A program made the position numbers and the translations under genes. Below, in pieces: positions 51,048 through 52,757 of a stretch of DNA of 52,757 bases (position 1 is the stretch's first letter; every line of letters begins with the position of its first letter). The stretch comes from a virus, in IMG/VR virus record IMGVR_UViG_3300022930_000003, one strand, 5' to 3'. The notes below the pieces were generated by a model. It searched no databases. It was not told the origin of the DNA and saw nothing but the letters and a program-made list of their open reading frames with translations.

Positions 51048-51742
51048 TGAAACGCGGATATGGAATTACGAGCAAGGTGGATAGCGGTGGGTCTGGTACG
51101 GGTCCAGCGGGGCCGCAAGGACCAAAGGGCGATACTGGATCGTCTGGCACTCAAGGGACTCAGGGAGCTAAGGGCGACGCTGGCGCAACTGGATCAGTAG
51201 GTCCAACAGGGCCAATGGGAGCGACTGGTCAAAATGGATTGCAAGGATCAGTTGGCGCAACAGGGCCAGCTGGGGCGCAAGGAATCCAAGGAATCCAGGG
51301 TTTGGCCGGAGCAAATGGCGCAAATGGCGCAAACGGAGTAAAAGGCGACACTGGCGCAGTTGGTGCGCAAGGTAGCACTGGATTAACAGGTGCCACTGGC
51401 CCTGCTGGTCCAACCGGGCCGACTGGATTAACAGGGCCTACAGGTCCAACAGGCGCGCCAGGATTGGACGCCAAACGCATCGACACATACAATGGCGTGA
51501 CAGATGCGAATGGCTTATTCACAGTGACTTACACCACTGCATTCCCTGTCACTCCATCCGTCCAGCCCGAGCCGCCGACTGCAAACAATCAAGTATGGGT
51601 AAAAGTTACATCTACCACTACAGGATTTAGTCTGCGCCTTGTTCAGCGCGGCTCGGTGACTCTACTCGCAACAGAAGTTCTCTTGGCTGCGGTCACTAAT
51701 GTAGCTGGCGCCAATGCCAAGGTGGTTGTAGTAGCGGCCTAA
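51044..51742 (+). CDS. Collagen-like triple-helix repeat protein with a globular C-terminal domain
   Basis: About 40 uninterrupted Gly-X-Y triplets by my hand count ([13 protein letters not shown]...[10 protein letters not shown], nt ~51101-51463), followed by a ~90-aa beta-rich domain. Confidence 0.88.
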   Translation: MMKRGYGITSKVDSGGSGTGPAGPQGPKGDTGSSGTQGTQGAKGDAGATGSVGPTGPMGATGQNGLQGSVGATGPAGAQGIQGIQGLAGANGANGANGVKGDTGAVGAQGSTGLTGATGPAGPTGPTGLTGPTGPTGAPGLDAKRIDTYNGVTDANGLFTVTYTTAFPVTPSVQPEPPTANNQVWVKVTSTTTGFSLRLVQRGSVTLLATEVLLAAVTNVAGANAKVVVVAA

Positions 51743-52263
51743 ACAGTAGCAATGATGACGTATTCAGGAGAGTTTCCGGCGTCATCTTTTCCTGTCATGT
51801 TGACCGTTTCAATCAGGCCCACATCATCCAATTGCGTAGAGCGATAACGCATCATCACATCTACCATTGCCCTATTTTCAATCTGCGTCGTGTCAAGTAG
51901 TCCGGAAATATTTTGGACTGCATGAGTCTGAAACGCCGCCAGCCCCTTTGAAAGAAGGCGATCAATATGTGAACGCAAACGAAGTTTGTCTACTACCGCC
52001 TGCAAGTGCTCAGTCACATCACTGGACGAGCTATAAGCCTGGAAGCGCTGAATGTTGAGGGTAAATTCCCTATCACCAGTTACAGTTTGAATGCCGCTGT
52101 TATCAACATCGGAATGGTGGTCCTGATTAACTGACTTGACACTCTGGATTCGCAAAACACTATAAGGGCGTGCGGGTGCGGGGCTTGACATGTCAGCCCA
52201 TATCAACGTGTCAGGAAATAGCGGCTTCATGGCCGCGTACAAATTTTCTTTAAACGTTGACAT
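51739..52263 (-). CDS. Neck/tail-completion protein (DUF3168-like)
   Basis: [42 protein letters not shown]... Last of the three head-tail joining genes. Confidence 0.45.
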   Translation of the reverse strand: MSTFKENLYAAMKPLFPDTLIWADMSSPAPARPYSVLRIQSVKSVNQDHHSDVDNSGIQTVTGDREFTLNIQRFQAYSSSSDVTEHLQAVVDKLRLRSHIDRLLSKGLAAFQTHAVQNISGLLDTTQIENRAMVDVMMRYRSTQLDDVGLIETVNMTGKDDAGNSPEYVIIATV

Positions 52264-52609
52264 CTAATTGCACCTTAGTCGCAAAATACTTGAAGTGCGG
52301 AATAACCCCAGATTGCCATGGAAACTTGGAGGACAACTCATAAGCTGTGCCACGCCATATCAACTTATCCGGCTGCTGGTTCTCACCCTTATCTTCCATG
52401 GTCACCAATTCAACCGCCGTGTAGATGCGCATCACGTCCGTCATAACTCGGCCCTGAGGCAAGTTCAACATCTTGATATCTGTGTTGCTTAACGGCTGAA
52501 CCGAGGCTTGGATCATGATTGGCGTTTCCATCCCCGGGACCCAATTGCCATCAACATAAGCCCCTGGCATTTGACGGACGATGATTTGTGGACTTCTAAA
52601 ACCACTCAT
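52250..52609 (-). CDS. Head-tail joining (head-closure-like) protein
   Basis: The ATG at 52609 overlaps the adaptor gene end (MSGFRSPQIIVRQMPG...). The track start at 52639 lies within the upstream gene. Confidence 0.5.
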   Translation of the reverse strand: MSGFRSPQIIVRQMPGAYVDGNWVPGMETPIMIQASVQPLSNTDIKMLNLPQGRVMTDVMRIYTAVELVTMEDKGENQQPDKLIWRGTAYELSSKFPWQSGVIPHFKYFATKVQLDVNV

Positions 52610-52757
52610 TGTTACCCACCTCCCGACCTTGCGGAACATTCAAGCCATAGCGAGTCATGATGCCAGAACCAAACGATCCAAAGCCTAGCAAAGCTAGCTG
52701 ATCGTCATAGATGTTCGTGCGCGTAGCCGAGGTGCCAGACGTTTCATACGTGCGCAT
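52596..52757 (-). CDS. 3' part of the junction-spanning DUF4054-like adaptor gene
   Basis: Same reading frame as 1..367 once the 127-nt repeat is collapsed. It ends ...GLNVPQGREVGNNEWF with TAG at 52598-52596. Confidence 0.6.
   Translation of the reverse strand: MRTYETSGTSATRTNIYDDQLALLGFGSFGSGIMTRYGLNVPQGREVGNNEWF
52631..52757. repeat. Terminal direct repeat, copy B (identical to 1..127)
   Basis: Same 127-nt string as the window start. It is either an assembly overlap of a circular or permuted genome, or a short DTR. Confidence 0.95.

Noticed and set aside
1-52757. CRISPR arrays, integrase/attachment sites, lysogeny repressor, reverse transcriptase or DGR, and toxin-antitoxin pairs
   Set aside because: No spaced direct-repeat array and no protein with the corresponding motifs was seen on either strand. 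The only att-like signal is the 11-nt tRNA-end duplication, which I reported separately at low weight.

Overview
The window is one complete tailed dsDNA phage genome with a contractile tail. Nt 1-127 recur exactly at 52631-52757, so the unit length is 52,630 bp and the contig closes on itself.

Modules recognised by eye from the translations:
- Packaging: TerS, TerL.
- Head: DUF1073-type portal, Mu F-like protein, DUF2213-like scaffold/protease, DUF2184-like major capsid.
- Neck: three head-tail joining genes, the first of which spans the window junction.
- Tail: DUF3383-like sheath, DUF3277-like tube, chaperone with a -1 frameshift site, and tape measure.
- Baseplate: hub, V-type spike, W/XkdS-like protein and J.
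- Putative receptor-binding or enzymatic proteins: beta-helix, short fibre, Gly-rich, collagen-like and SGNH esterase proteins.
- Lysis cassette: GH24 endolysin, holin, and i-spanin with an embedded o-spanin.
- Plus-strand replication/nucleotide block: AAA_24 ATPase, DUF669, PP-loop/PAPS-reductase-like enzyme, Cas4-like nuclease, DnaN-like clamp, HNH-AP2 endonuclease, SF2 helicase and dUTPase.
- Minus-strand early block: Prim-Pol/helicase, ParB-like protein, VRR-NUC and many small ORFs.
- ThyX sits inside the head region.

I recognised no integrase, repressor, DNA polymerase, RNA polymerase or CRISPR array.

Most notable unexplained signals:
- A ~1.36-kb ORF-free, hairpin-dense region (16587-17951) is seeded with tRNA genes and tRNA debris. 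It is a candidate large structured ncRNA.
- One tRNA-like gene has a 12-nt expansion in its anticodon arm.
- A CAATTG-core motif family recurs in intergenic regions, including a perfect 21-nt inverted pair.
- The minus-strand morphogenesis genes are cut into blocks by five plus-strand cassettes bounded by bidirectional terminators.
- Two very GC-rich islands sit in a mid-GC genome.

All family names are by-eye recognition and need HMM or BLAST confirmation.
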